Notes: generated from the sequence alone by a model not told the origin. Positions 28,722 through 41,249 are shown, counted from the first letter of the stretch. The stretch: DNA of 64,000 nucleotides from an uncultured delta proteobacterium (GCA_963808625.1 CAWEHK010000041.1:1-64000), one strand, 5' to 3'. Program-made: numbers and translations.

Positions 28722-31700
28722 TCAGGCTTCCGGGCTCAAACCATGATCGCGCATCAGTTCCTCCACTGCCTCGATCAATGGCTCGTCAACAGGATCCAGG
28801 CGCCCGCTGTGCTTCAGTCCCAGCATGATTGCCAGGGCCCGTCGCAGGCAGTCTCCGACATTCGCCTCGTCGCCTCGTGCCCACCCTCACCAAAGATACC
28901 ACCAGGTCTCTCTGGTAGTCCGCTCGATCCGGCTCCGACTCCGCGAGCCGCTCGCGCCGTCCCAGAACCTGCTGGTGGCGCTTCAGCGCCCGGTCGGTAA
29001 AACCGAGCGCCAGGTGTGCCTGGGCTTCCTCATCGGCTACGCCGGCAAAACGCGGGTGATCTTCGGGCAGGGTTTCGAGCACTTCGGCAGCGAGGGCGGC
29101 GATGGCTATCGATTGCTGAAACCGGCGCAGGGCATTAAAACACGCATGGGCGCATTGAGCAGCAGCATCGAAGTCCTGTCCGGCCAGGTAGTTTCGCACC
29201 GCCTCCGTCGCGTCCTCGATGTTATGGCTCTCATGCGCGACCCGCCACCATCGGTAGCGCCCGGCGCGGTTGCAGCGGGCGCGATGTCGGACTTTGTCAT
29301 CGAGAAGGGCGAGGCCTTCCGCGGTCCAGCGATGCACCCAGGCGGAGCCGTCGGGAAAGCAATGCACAAGAGAAAGATCGGCAAGCCTTGCCAGCTTGTG
29401 TTTGATGTTCTCCACGTCGGCGCTGTCGCCAGCAAGCATGCGGGCAAGCCCGTCGGGTTTGACCGGCAGATTGGAAACGGCAGCCTGAAGCAGCACTTCG
29501 TCAAGGTGCTCATCGCGCGCGAGCCCTAGCAACTCTTCAAGGAGGACGTCGCGCGTGCCGATCATGACAGTCGCGTGAAAACCATCTTCGAGTTGTTCGA
29601 ATTCGGGTCGAAGATCAAGACCACTGCATTCGAGGAGGTCCGTGAGCTTCCGGGTGACGTGGGGAAGACGCCCCTGGCCGCCGCGAAGAAACGCATCGAG
29701 GAATTCGAGCATGCGGGGGTGTCGGCCGATAACCCGCAGGATCAAGGTCAGCTTCGCCGAATCGAAGGCCCGCAGGGCCGGCAGGCGCAACAGGAGCTTG
29801 CGGCTCTCTGCCGCGCTCAGGGGGCCGATGGGAACACGCTGGAGATAGGCTTCCGTTCCCGGAACGGGATAGCGGCTGGTGAGCAGAAGGCGTCCCTGCC
29901 GTGCGCTCTCGAGAAGAGCCAGGAAATATTCTCCCACATCCGCATCGATAAACGCTGCCCCTCCCGGGGTCAGGTTCTGCTCGAAGTCATCGAGCACCAG
30001 GACCACCGGCTCCTCGGCAAGGGCTTGCGCCACAAGCTGGAAATGTACGCGGTCGTCCAGGTCGGACCTGGCGAGAAGCGCTCCCGCTCTCTCGTCGCCT
30101 TTCGAGGCGCTCCCAGCAAGGCCACACTCAGCGCCAAACCGATGCCTGCGAGGTTGAAAAGCCCGGCATAGGCTGCGACCAGCCAGTGGTCCTCGGCGAG
30201 TCGCTGCATGGCACGTCCGGCCACGGCGCTCTTGCCGATCCCGCCAATTCCGGTGAGCATGACCCCAACCTGGCGCCGCCCGGCGTCACGCAGCGCGCGC
30301 AGGGTCTCGCGGAGCTCACGGCGCCGCCCGATAAGATCGTCGATGCGGAGCTGCGGTACCGGTCCCGCCATTTCATGGACCGGCGTGACTCGGAGCGGCT
30401 GTTTCTCGAGGGCAAAGTCGGCCAGCGGGACCTCCCGGTCGGCCACGAAGAGGGTCGCCGTGGCGTATTCCGGCTGAGTCTCAGCCAGCGGGGCGCCCCG
30501 CTGCACCGCTTCACGACGGATGTCCTCGAGCTCCCGGCGCGCCGCCGCCAGGGCGCGGCTCGCCAGCAGAAGCTCGCGGCTCGCCAGGTGGTGGTAGAAC
30601 AACCGAGCCAGTTGCGTTGCGTAGAAGTCACTCACCGTAGTCTGCATCGCCAGCACCCCGGGCACACCGGCCCGGAGCAACTGTTCGGCGAAGCTTGCCG
30701 TCATTCCCTGGTGCACACCGCCATGGCAGGCACTGAGCAGGACCAGGGGCAGGGGCCGACCCGCGCGCCGAAGGGGGCCAATGAGATCGGCAGCCGTCGT
30801 GGAAACAGCACGACCATCCTCGTCCTCGAACTCGAGTGCTCCGGGCATGCCGTGGCAGGAGAGGTGAAGCACGTGATAGGCATCGGCGGCGACCGCGGCC
30901 GCGATCACCTCGGGGTGGCCCACCTCCAGGATGCGGACTTCGACATTTTCATGACGTTGTGCCGGTTCGACGGCATCGAGGATGTTCTGCAGCTCCCGTT
31001 CCTGATCGAGTACTGCGGCGCTCGTGTAAGCTTCATCGGGGGCGGCGACCGCGACGAGGATCTTGAGCGGGCCGGCGAGAGGGTGGGCTTGATGCGCTGG
31101 AAGTTCCACGGGACGGCGGAGCATCACCACCGCATCCTGGACCGCGAGCAGGCGGTCGTCCGGCAGGCGCAGGGCTTCGAAGGGCAAGCCCAGCAATACC
31201 GGATCATCGGCCTCGCAGAGCACTTCCACCGATGTCCCGAGGGGGCTGCCGTCAACGAGCTCAGCCACGGCCTCCCCGGTGCCGTCAGGAAAACAAAGCC
31301 CGCGCAGGTGCCGGCCAAGGTCAGCCAGGCTCGCTTCGAGGGCTGCCCGATTGGCTGCGGCCGCGCTGCGGTACGGGCCGAAGCGAAGACCCCGCAGAAA
31401 CCAGTCCCGGGCTTCCAGCAGAGGTGCCGGGAGCAAGGCATGGAGCTTTTCGCCGTGCTTCTCCCTGCCGATCCACACGGTGACTCGGAACCCGGCGCCG
31501 TTTTCGCGGCGAAGCGAGATGACCACACGTTCGGTCCGACCGTGTCCGGGAACCGGCTGGGCGGGCGGCTTTGGCTTGCGGCCGAGAAGGGCGTCGGCGA
31601 TGGCGTCGGTTTCCTCGATTGCTCGACGCGCAAGAGGACGGAGAAGCGGCGGGACATAGGAGTCCGTACCCACAACCACCGGGACCAGGATCTTGCCCTC

Positions 31701-31949
31701 TTCGATCCGCGCGAAAGTCAGGTAGCTGATCTCCGCCTCAACCCACCGGCTCTCGAGGGAGTGCCGGGAAAAAACGATCAAGCCGGCGTTCGCCGCCTCG
31801 AGCCCGGCGTTGATGCCGGCTGCGATGTCATCGCCCGGGCCGATTTCCCACTTGTCGAGCCAGGGTTCGATGCCCCGCTCCCGGAGCCCGAGGGCGAGTC
31901 TTTCGACGGCTGCCTTGTCTTTCGATGAATGGCTGATGAATACCCGCAT
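28722..31949 (-). CDS. TIR-CHAT(caspase-like)-STAND NTPase-TPR protein; frameshifts near 30050 and 28870
   Basis: TIR RVFISHSSKD..WLDKWEI..SRWVEAE; CHAT HLSCHG and LSACHG; Walker A GIGGIGKS; Walker B LVLDDFEQN; LTSR, GRHP; TPR-like DYQRDLVVS; shifted C-terminus LRRALAIMLGLKHSGRL ends at 28722. Confidence 0.85.
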
Positions 31950-32208
31950 GTTAGTTCAGTTGATCCTCGTGGAGGGCCCACTGGTGATGGCAATAGCGAT
32001 TAAATAGCGCCAATGGAACGTGAGAAAACCACCTCACGGGTGCAGTTCTGTGAAACCTGCAATACCGAGGACCGGAGGATATTAGACGAGAAGTGGTTTG
32101 GCAATCCCTTTCTCACCCCTTTTCTCCTTTTGTGTCGCCGATAAAAGGCGAACGTGAGGGGCATGCAACAACGAGGTTTCGCTGTGCGACACACGTCCGG
32201 GCCTCCCC

Positions 32209-32240
32209 GCTGGTTCCCAAGCTGGAGCTTGGGAACCAGC
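32209..32240. repeat. REP-like palindrome
   Basis: GCTGGTTCCCAAGCT-GG-AGCTTGGGAACCAGC. Confidence 0.65.
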
Positions 32241-32255
32241 GGGAGGCGCTTGCGC

Positions 32256-33656
32256 TCAGGGCCTGCCATCGCCCTTTAGAAAACGGCTCCTGGCCAGCAG
32301 GGCATTGAGGGCAATCGCACCGTCTTCCGGAGTCAGGTAGGTGCATATCCCTCGGGCGGTCAAGTCCTGTAGATGGGGCCGGGCTTCCCGCTCCGGCGCC
32401 AGGAGGACGACCACGAAAGGCTTATCGGTTGCTTTCCGGAAGTGTTCCAACTCGGGAATCGGAATGCGGATGAGCGCATTGTAGCTCCAGACCAGAAAGT
32501 AGGCGTCAAAGGGCTCAAGCAGCAAGGCATCGAGGACGCTCGCGTAGGTGTGGGGGAGAAAACCGGGTCCGGTGAGATCAACGGGGTTTTGGAGGTCAAC
32601 CGGGGTCTTTTCCCCTATGACCGAGAGAATTTGTTTTCTTCCGCGGTCTGAAAGGTCCGGGAACTCCCATCCGGAAGCCAGGAGCCGATCCATCGCCACA
32701 ATGCTGGGCCCGGCGGTGAAGGTGAGGGCGCAAAGGCGGTTGCCGGCGGGCGGTGGCAGCATGCTCAGGGCTTTGCCCATCACCGCCGTTTCCCAGCTCG
32801 AAGCCGCCTCGATGATTCCGGCCTGCCTGAACATGGCTTGATAGTATCGGTATTCCCCGGCGAGGCTCCCCGTATGGGTGACGGTGGCCCGTGAAACTTC
32901 CTCGAGCTTGCCGGCCTTGTAAGCCACGATGGGCTTATGGCGAGACAGGTCTCGAGCGCGTTCAAAAAAACTCCGCGGGTCCTTCAAGCCTTCGATAAAG
33001 ACGCAAAAGGCAGCGACCTCGGGCTGCTCGCTCAAGACTTCCAGGTAGTCCTGAAAATCCACAACAGTGCAGTTGCCGGCCCCAATGAAATGGCTGAGGC
33101 CGCATTCCAGATCGCGCAGGCAATTGGCAATGGTGAGCCCGACGCCGCCGCTCTGGGAGATGACCGCAACGGGGCCGGGCACGGCGTCGAGATGCCAGAA
33201 GAGGCCGTGCAAGCCCCGGTGAAAAGAAGAGAAACCAAGGGTGTTGGGACCGATCACCGGCATCTGGTAATGTTCCGCAAGCTGCCTCAAGCGCGCCTCG
33301 AGCTCGCTTCCTCCCTGCTTGAACTCCTTGAACCCCCCGGCGACAATGGTCACTGCCGCGACTCCCAGTTTCGCCGCCTGTTCCGCCATCGCCACCGCCC
33401 CATGCTGGTTCAGCAGGATGATTGCCAGATCCGGTGGGGGCTCAATGGCCTCGAGACTCGGATAGCACTTGCAGCCGAGGACCTTCTTGTATTTGGGATT
33501 GACAGGCAGCACTTCGCCCGGAAAGGAAGCGGCGAGAAGATTGGAGAGCGGACCGATACCGACGGAGAGTTGTTCCGGTGATGCTCCCACAAGGGCTACG
33601 CGGCTCGCTGAGAGCGCCTTTTTCAGCTTGCCTTTCATGACTTCCGAGATGGGCAT
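32256..33656 (-). CDS. ADP-forming acyl-CoA synthetase alpha subunit (CoA-binding)
   Basis: VALVGAS, PVNPK, IGPNTLG, ISQSGG, phospho-His THTGSLAG, NPVDL. Confidence 0.88.
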   Translation of the reverse strand: MPISEVMKGKLKKALSASRVALVGASPEQLSVGIGPLSNLLAASFPGEVLPVNPKYKKVLGCKCYPSLEAIEPPPDLAIILLNQHGAVAMAEQAAKLGVAAVTIVAGGFKEFKQGGSELEARLRQLAEHYQMPVIGPNTLGFSSFHRGLHGLFWHLDAVPGPVAVISQSGGVGLTIANCLRDLECGLSHFIGAGNCTVVDFQDYLEVLSEQPEVAAFCVFIEGLKDPRSFFERARDLSRHKPIVAYKAGKLEEVSRATVTHTGSLAGEYRYYQAMFRQAGIIEAASSWETAVMGKALSMLPPPAGNRLCALTFTAGPSIVAMDRLLASGWEFPDLSDRGRKQILSVIGEKTPVDLQNPVDLTGPGFLPHTYASVLDALLLEPFDAYFLVWSYNALIRIPIPELEHFRKATDKPFVVVLLAPEREARPHLQDLTARGICTYLTPEDGAIALNALLARSRFLKGDGRP

Positions 33657-33922
33657 GGAGACCTCCGCAAAGTGAAGGAATTCTCATTACAAATGCAAAC
33701 GTCAGGCTTCGAGGGCCGCCGAACCAGTCAGTAAATTCCTCGAATCACAAGACTCTGGCCCAGCATCGTTATGTCCGCATGGTCTTTCAAGATCAAGGAA
33801 ATTGTATCAAGAAAATTGTATTGACACGGAACGTTTTGAACCCATAGTCTGGAATGGTAACAAGGGACAATGAAAATCGAGATGCTTTCGGTCCTGATGC
33901 CCACGGTGAAGGGAGGAAGGCG

Positions 33923-34477
33923 ATGGAAAAAAACGTGAAAGGGAAAATGATCAGGTTGGTTCAGGGGGACCTCACGGAGCTTGCGGTCGATGCCATCGTT
34001 AATGCGGCTAACTCCCACCTGGTGTTGGGCGGAGGGGTGGCGGGGGCCATTCGCAGCAAGGGGGGACCCACCATTCAACAGGAATGTGACCGCATTGGCG
34101 GCACGACCGTGGGGCAGGCCGTGGTCACCGGCGCCGGCAATCTGAAGGCCCGGTACGTGATCCACGCCGTAGGGCCCAGCTACGGCGAGGGCGACGAAGA
34201 CGAGAAGCTTCGCGGGGCCACGCTGAACAGCCTTAAGCGGGCTACGGAAAAGGGAATGCGCTCGATTGCCTTTCCGGCGATCAGCACCGGAATCTTCGGT
34301 TTTCCCAAGGATCGCTGTGCGGACATCATGCTCAACACCATTCGAGACTATCTCGAAACGGAGGCAACCAGCCTCGATGAGGTCATTCTGTGCCTGTGGT
34401 CGAAAGACGACCTTGAGTTGTTCGCGCGGACACTCGAGGCCCTGCTTCCTCAGCAAACAGTGGTGAGTGGACAGTGA
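33923..34477 (+). CDS. Macro domain protein (YmdB/MacroD type)
   Basis: GDLT..AVDAIVNAAN..L..GGGVAGAI, VIHAVGP, AFPAISTGIFGFP. Confidence 0.93.
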   Translation: MEKNVKGKMIRLVQGDLTELAVDAIVNAANSHLVLGGGVAGAIRSKGGPTIQQECDRIGGTTVGQAVVTGAGNLKARYVIHAVGPSYGEGDEDEKLRGATLNSLKRATEKGMRSIAFPAISTGIFGFPKDRCADIMLNTIRDYLETEATSLDEVILCLWSKDDLELFARTLEALLPQQTVVSGQ

Positions 34478-34500
34478 CCAGTCGTCCTGGGTTGTGGTTA

Positions 34501-35104
34501 GGAACGGTCCAAAAACAAACGCAACAGTTACGAGGAGCTTAGGGAGGGCTTTGCCCGCGCGCAGCGCCATTGGTGGACACAGTCCACCCCACAAAATGGC
34601 ACAGCTGTTTTTGGACGGTCACTTAGAGGCTATCTCAAAACCGGCTTACCCCGTCACCCCGGCTCAAGCCCATGCGCGTCAACTTAAGCATTTGCTGTCT
34701 ACCCCGAAGGGGTTTCATAAGTCAGCCCAGGGTCAGCGAAAGCGCCACCCTGGGTCGGGAGATGCCATAAACCATCTTACCCTGAAGGGGTTACATCAAA
34801 CAGAGCCATGGCGAGCACCCGGATCTGTTGTGAGAAATGCTTTTTATATAACCCTTTCAGGGTATGGATACTTGTTGTGCACCCATACCCAGGGTGGCGC
34901 TTTCGCTGACCCTGGGCTTAACTATCCAACCCCTTCGGGGTAAAAGGGGATGCACCATCCTGATCGTGAACGACGATGCGCCTTCCATCGCCTTAAATTG
35001 ACGCCAATGGGCGGAAGCCGGGGTCGAGAATACCTGCGAAACCTGGATTCCGGCTTTCACCGGAATGACGATCAGCGGTGTTTTGACCATTTTGAGATAG
35101 CTTC
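34501..35104. mobile_element. Two tandem TTA-flanked MITEs (34501-34622 and 34626-35104) with nested REP/MITE layers
   Basis: TTA at 34498, 34623 and 35105; TIR GAGGCTATCTCAAAA/TTTTGAGATAGCTTC; inner TIR CATGCGCGTCAACTTAAG/CTTAAATTGACGCCAATG; innermost palindrome 34700-34942. Confidence 0.75.
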
Positions 35105-35248
35105 TTAGTGGTTAATGCTTGCTGGCTAATGCATGGTGTTTGGTAATGGTGGTTTGTGAATAGTGGCTGGGGTTGGTGTGACCGTGGTGAGAGGTCGCAA
35201 ACCGGCTCAGGGTTCAGGGTGTACCAGGGGAGAGAATTTAACCATCGA

Positions 35249-36689
35249 ATGACCAGACGAAACCGCTCTCTTAGAATGCTTCTCTCACTCATCCTTGGTG
35301 GGTTGGTGACAGTGGCGCTGGCCGCCTGCACGGTGGGACCCGATTTCGTGAAACCCGCCCCCAAAATGCCTGAAAGATGGGCGGAAGCGCCCCCCCATGA
35401 GACGACGATCAAGTCGTTGGACATTTCCCGATGGTGGACCATCTTTGGGGACCCGAAGCTGGATTCGCTCATCGAGCGAGCCGTGCAGGCCAACCTTGAC
35501 CTTCAGCTTGGCCGACGCCCGTATTCGTGAAGCGCGTGCTCAGCGCATTGTGGTTGCCTCGAATGCCTATCCCGAGGTCGATGCTGTCGGCAACTACTCC
35601 CGCAGTCGTACCAGTGAAAATGCGAATACCTCGAAGGTTACTGCCATACCGGGAGGATCAAACCTCTTTCTTGCGGGCTTTGATGCCAGTTGGGAAATTG
35701 ATGTGTTTGGCGGCGTAAGGAGAGCGGTCGAAGCTGCCGATGCCGATATTGCGGTAACGGTTGAAAGCCGTCGCGATGTGCTGGTGACTCTGCTTGCCGA
35801 AGTTGCCCGGAACTATCTCGAGGTGCGGGGGAGTCAGACCCGGTTGGGGGTCACGGAGAAAAATATTTTCACCCAGCAGCAGGCACTGGAGATTGCCAAA
35901 GCGCGTTACGAGGCCGGCCTGAGCAGCGAACTGGACGTGGCTCAAGCACAGGCGCAGCTTGCAGCAACCGAAGCACAGGTCCCTGCTCTCGAAACTTCAT
36001 TGCGGCAGGCGATTCACCAACTCGGCGTGTTGCTTGGCCAGGGGCCGGAAAGTCTGCTGGAGGAACTTTTGCTGCTGGAGCCGATCCCAGCCGGTCCGCC
36101 CGCCGTTCCCGCCGGGTTGCCGTCGGAGCTTCTCCGGCGTCGTCCCGATGTCCGCCAGGCGGAGCAGGAATTGGCCGGCGCCACAGCCCGAGTCGGAGTG
36201 GCAACAGCCGACCTCTTTCCCCGGTTTTTTCTGACGGGCCTGGTCGGTCAATCCAGTGTGAGTGGTTCCGATTTTTTTCAAGCCTCGAGCCGATACTGGT
36301 CTATCGGGCCGACAATCAGTTGGCCGGTGTTCACGGCGGGCCGCCTCCGCGCTCAACTGGCAGTGCAGGGTGCGAGGGAAGAGCAGGCTGCGATCAGGTA
36401 TGAGCGAACGGTTCTCAGTGCGCTCAAGGATGTTGAAGATGCGCTCGTCGCTTATACCAAAGAGCAGGCTACCAGGGATTCGCTCATGCAAGCGGTGAAA
36501 GCAAACCGCCTGGCCTCCGACATTGCCAATGAGCTCTACACGAGGGGATTGGTGGACTTCCTCAATGTTCTGGTGACCCAACGTGCCCAGTATAACAATG
36601 AAGATGCGCTTGCCCAAAGCGCACAGCGCGTCTCATCCAATCTCGTCGCTCTGTTCAAGGCCCTGGGCGGCGGATGGCAGGTTGACTGA
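35249..36689 (+). CDS. RND outer membrane factor lipoprotein (NodT/TolC family); frameshift near 35510
   Basis: Lipobox LAAC-TVGPDF, WW..F.DP.L, WEIDVFG, LRRRPDV, LFKALGGGW. Confidence 0.92.
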
Positions 36690-36844
36690 AAGCTGGGGCG
36701 GATATGGGAAGGGACTGTCTGTCCTTTTTTGATACGGATGGTATAATGTTTTTCGAATGGGAAAAACTTGACAATGGGCTCTGAGCAGAATCTGAACAAG
36801 ACGGGCGGCTGTTTGACCGCCTTTTTTTACGCGCCCTTGGCGCT

Positions 36845-37972
36845 GTGGGGATCGTCTTGGTCTTTGGCTTCGTGTCAGCCTGTTCCCGGGATGTTTCGGG
36901 AACGGCGAAAACCGCGGACCCTCGAAAGAAGGTTGCGGTGCCGGTGACCGTGGCCACTGCCGTCGCGAAGCCAGTGCCCGAGCAACTCAGGGCGATCGGG
37001 AATGTCCAGGCGTATGCGACGGTGCTGATGAGAGCGAGGGTCGGCGGCGAGCTCCATGCCGTCCATTTTAAAGAGGGGGATGAGGTAAAGAGCGGTGATT
37101 TGCTTTTCACCATCGATCCTCGCCCGTTCGAGGCCGCGCTCAAACAGGCGGAAGCCAATCTCGCCAGGAACCGGGCGCAGTTGGAACACGCCCGCAGGCA
37201 GGCCCAGCGCTATGCCGCAGTGGTGAAGAAGGGTTATGTTTCCGAGGAACAAAACGATCAGATCCTCGCTAATGCTGCCGCCCTTGAGGCTGCGGTCCGG
37301 GCCGATGAGGCGGCAGCGGAAAATGCCCGGCTCGATCTCAAGTATTGCTCCATCCGTTCGCCCATCAATGGCGTCACCGGGCAGCTTAAAGTGGATCGGG
37401 GGAACCTCATCAAGGCCAACGACACTGACAATCCCATGGTTACGATCAAACAGACAAGCCCCATCTATGTCGTGTTTTCAGTCCCGGAGCAGAATCTCCC
37501 CCAACTGAAGAGACGCTTGGCGGTCCGTCCTTTGGATGTCTCCGTAAGTGCGCCGGGGGATGAGAAACAGGTAATTCGAGGCGAGCTTACTTTTCTCGAT
37601 AATACGGTTGACCAGACCACCGGAACGATCCTGCTTCGCGCCACGTTCCCGAACCAGGATCGCGCCTTATGGCCCGGACAGTTTGTCAACGTCACCCTGA
37701 CCCTCAGCACCCAACAGGATGCCGTGGTCATCCCGTCTCAAGCCGTCCAGACCGGTCAGCAGGGCCGCTACGTCTTCGTCATCACTCCGGATGGCACGGC
37801 CGAACATCGTCCGGTGGTCCTGGCCCGAACGGTTGATGGCGAAGCAGTGGTGGAAAAAGGCATCACGCCGGGCGAAAGGGTGGTGACCGATGGCCAGCTT
37901 CGGCTCACGCAGGGAACTCAGGTGAAAATCGTTGGTCCCGGGGAAACAGCCGGCGAGGAAAAGCCTCAATGA
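36845..37972 (+). CDS. RND periplasmic adaptor (MdtA-like); true start may be ~36774
   Basis: VPVTVA, GDLLFTIDPRPF, IRSPING, DNTVDQTTGT, LWPGQFV. Confidence 0.92.
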   Translation: MGIVLVFGFVSACSRDVSGTAKTADPRKKVAVPVTVATAVAKPVPEQLRAIGNVQAYATVLMRARVGGELHAVHFKEGDEVKSGDLLFTIDPRPFEAALKQAEANLARNRAQLEHARRQAQRYAAVVKKGYVSEEQNDQILANAAALEAAVRADEAAAENARLDLKYCSIRSPINGVTGQLKVDRGNLIKANDTDNPMVTIKQTSPIYVVFSVPEQNLPQLKRRLAVRPLDVSVSAPGDEKQVIRGELTFLDNTVDQTTGTILLRATFPNQDRALWPGQFVNVTLTLSTQQDAVVIPSQAVQTGQQGRYVFVITPDGTAEHRPVVLARTVDGEAVVEKGITPGERVVTDGQLRLTQGTQVKIVGPGETAGEEKPQ

Positions 37973-40900
37973 GCATCCCGGAGTTCTTCATCAAAAGGCC
38001 CGTCACCACCACCCTGGTGATGCTGGCCATTGTCATTTTTGGGCTTGCCGGCTATCGCCTGCTTCCGGTAAGCGAGCTGCCTAATGTGGATTTCCCCACC
38101 ATTCAGGTTACTTCCCGTCTCCCGGGCGCCAGTCCGGAAACCATGGCTTCCTCGGTATCCACGCCTCTCGAGCGCGAATTTTCCACCATCGAAGGCCTCG
38201 ATTCGATGGCTTCAACGAGCGGACTGGGCGTCAGTCAGATCACCCTCCAGTTCGCAATGGAACGTAATCTTGACGGTGCCGCCCAGGACGTTCAGACGGC
38301 TATCGCCAGGGCCCAGCGCCTGCTTCCGGCAGATATGCCGACACCGCCTTCCTATCGCAAGGTCAACCCGGCCGACCAGCCCATTCTGTTTCTGGCCCTG
38401 AGCTCGCCGATCCTCCCCCTGTCCATGGTGAATGAATATGCCGATACGCTCATGGCGCAGCGCATTTCCATGGTGAGCGGGGTCGCTCAGGTGCAGGTGT
38501 TTGGCGCGCAAAAATACGCCGTGCGCGTGCAGTTGAACCCCAAGGCCCTGACTTCCATGGGGATCGGTATTGATGAAGTGGAAAATGCCATTGCCCGGGG
38601 CAATGTCAATCTCCCGACAGGGACGCTCTATGGCAAGCATCAGGCCTTCACGGTGCAGGCTACCGGCCAGCTGACCGAGGCGGCAGCCTATCGTCCGCTC
38701 ATCGTGACCTATCGCAAGGGCTCGCCGGTGCGGCTGGAAGAGCTTGGAAGCGTTATTGACAGTGTCGAGAACGATAAGGTTGCAGCCTGGTACAATGATC
38801 AGACCGGAGGCACCCGGGCTATTACCCTCGCCATTCAACGCCAGCCGGGTACCAACACGGTCGAAGTGGCGAATTCGATTAAAGGAGCTGCTGCCGAGCT
38901 TCCTTGCCCAAATGCCGGCTTCGATTAACCTCAATATCCTTTATGACCGCTCCGATTCCATCCGCAACTCGATCGAGGATGTCCAGTTTACGCTCTATCT
39001 CAGCATTTGCCTGGTCATCCTGGTGATCTTTCTCTTCCTGCGGAACCTCTCCGCCACGATCATTCCCAGCCTGGCTCTGCCCGCCTCGATCATCGGCACC
39101 TTTGCCGTGATGTACCTGCTGGGATACAGCCTGGACAACCTTTCCCTGATGGCCCTTACCCTTTGTGTCGGTTTTGTGGTCGATGACGCCATCGTCATGC
39201 TCGAAAACATTGTGCGCCACATGGAAATGGGGAAAGGGGCGATGCAGGCGGCCTTCGACGGTTCCCGCGAGATCGGTTTCACGATCATCTCGATGACCCT
39301 CTCGCTGGTTGCGGTCTTTATCCCGCTGCTCTTTATGGGAGGCATTCTCGGGCGGCTGCTCCATGAGTTTGCGGTGACCATCGGAGTTGCCATCCTGGTT
39401 TCCGGGTTTGTGTCCCTGACGCTTTCTCCCATGCTTTGCAGCCGCTTCCTGACTCCTCCCGCGACCGCTCACCACGGCCGCTTTTATGCCGCCTCGGAAC
39501 GGGTCTTCAACGGCATGCTCCATGCCTACGAAAGCAGCCTCACATGGGTCCTGAAGCATCGTCGGATGACGTTGATCGTCTCGGTGCTTCTGGTTTTCGC
39601 CACGGCGTATCTTTTTGTCATCATCCCCAAGGACTTCATCCCCAGTCAGGATACCAGCCAAATATCCGGGTTTACGGAAGCGGCTCAGGGGATCTCGTTT
39701 CAGGCCATGGTCCAACATCAGATGGCCGTTGCCGAGGTGATCCGCCAGGAGCCCGAGGTCGAGGCCTTCATGTCGGCGGCGGGAGCAACCGGCGGGGTGC
39801 CGATGGGCAATTCCGGCCGCCTCTTTATGCGGTTGAAGCCGCGCGAAGAGCGTACCCTGAATGCGGACGGGGTGATTCAAAAATTGCGCGCGAAAGTGGC
39901 GCAGATCCCGGGCATTAATGTCTATTTGCAGAACCCTCCGGCAATCCAGATTGGCGGCCGGCTGAGCAAGGGGCAATATCAATACACCTTGCAGGGAGCG
40001 GATATCAAAGAGCTTTACCACTGGGGTCCGGAGGTGGAGAGCAAATTGCGCGGTCTGCCCGGTCTCCAGGATGTGACCAGTGACCTGCAAATCAGCAATC
40101 CTGAAGTGTGGGTGAACATTGACCGCGATAAGGCACTGGCGCTCGGCATCACCGCTGAGCAAATCGAAACAGCCCTGTATAACGCGTATGGCTCCCGGCA
40201 GGTCTCGACGATTTACGCCCCCACCAACCAGTTCCAGGTGATCCTCGAAGTTGAGCCGCAGTATCAGCTCGATCCATCGGCGCTGTCCATGCTTTACGTC
40301 CGTTCGGGCAGCGGCCGCCTCGTGCCGTTCGAATCGGTGGCGAAGCTCGAACAGCGCCTTGGCCCGCTCACCGTTAACCACAGTGGGCAGTTGCCGTCGG
40401 TTACGATTTCCTTTAATCTCCGCCCCGGTGTCAGCTTGGGTGAAGCGGTCTCGCAGACGGAGAAAGTGATCCGCGACCTGCGCCTGCCGGCAACCCTTTC
40501 GGGCAGCTTCCAGGGCACCGCTCAGCAGTTCCAGGCGTCGATGAAAGGCATGTGGCTGCTCCTGGTCATGGCTATCCTGGTTATTTACATGGTTTTGGGC
40601 ATCCTTTACGAGAGCTTCATTCATCCCCTCACCATTCTCTCCGGGTTGCCCTCGGCAGGGGTTGGAGCGCTCTTGACTTTGCTTATTTTCCGCACCGATC
40701 TAAGTATTTACGCTTTCGTTGGCATTATCATGCTCATCGGGATCGTGAAGAAGAATGCCATCATGATGATCGATTTTGCTCTAAATGCCCAGCGAGAAGA
40801 GGGCAAGCCGCCCGCTGAAGCCATCTTTGCCGGGTGTATCCTGAGATTTCGGCCGATCATGATGACCACCATGTCGGCCCTCATGGGGACCCTCCCGATT

Positions 40901-41146
40901 GCACTCGGCATTGGGGCCGGCGCCGAGGCGCGGCGGCCGCTGGGGTTGGCCGTGGTGGGCGGGTTGGTGCTTTCCCAGTTTCTGACACTGTACATCACAC
41001 CGGTGATTTATCTCTATTTGGAGTCCTTACAGGAGCGCTTGCGGTGGACCGGTTACTGGATTCGCACCCGAACAGGCTGGTCTAGGGCAGCCGGATCGCC
41101 GGGGCGGGACAAGGTCATCCCGGAAGGTCCCGGCGGTCACCATTAG
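37969..41146 (+). CDS. RND efflux permease (MdtB/C-like); frameshift near 38885
   Basis: FIKRPV, LPNVDFPTI, GFVVDDAIVMLENI, GIVKKNAIMMIDFA, RFRPIMMTT. Confidence 0.94.
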
Positions 41147-41249
41147 GGCGTATTTTGAGCGGTCAGAATGACCCAGCAGAGGTCCGGACAACCCTGAGAA
41201 AAGAGGCTCTGGGAAAGATTTTCATACAATTTGAAGGAGCACAGCAGCG

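Noticed and set aside
33923..34477. Macro domain as part of a defence system with the TIR-CHAT gene
   Set aside because: Ordinary YmdB-type gene, divergent and separated by a metabolic gene.
23440..35104. Both nested elements measure 479 bp
   Set aside because: Different TIRs, duplications and contents; treated as coincidence.
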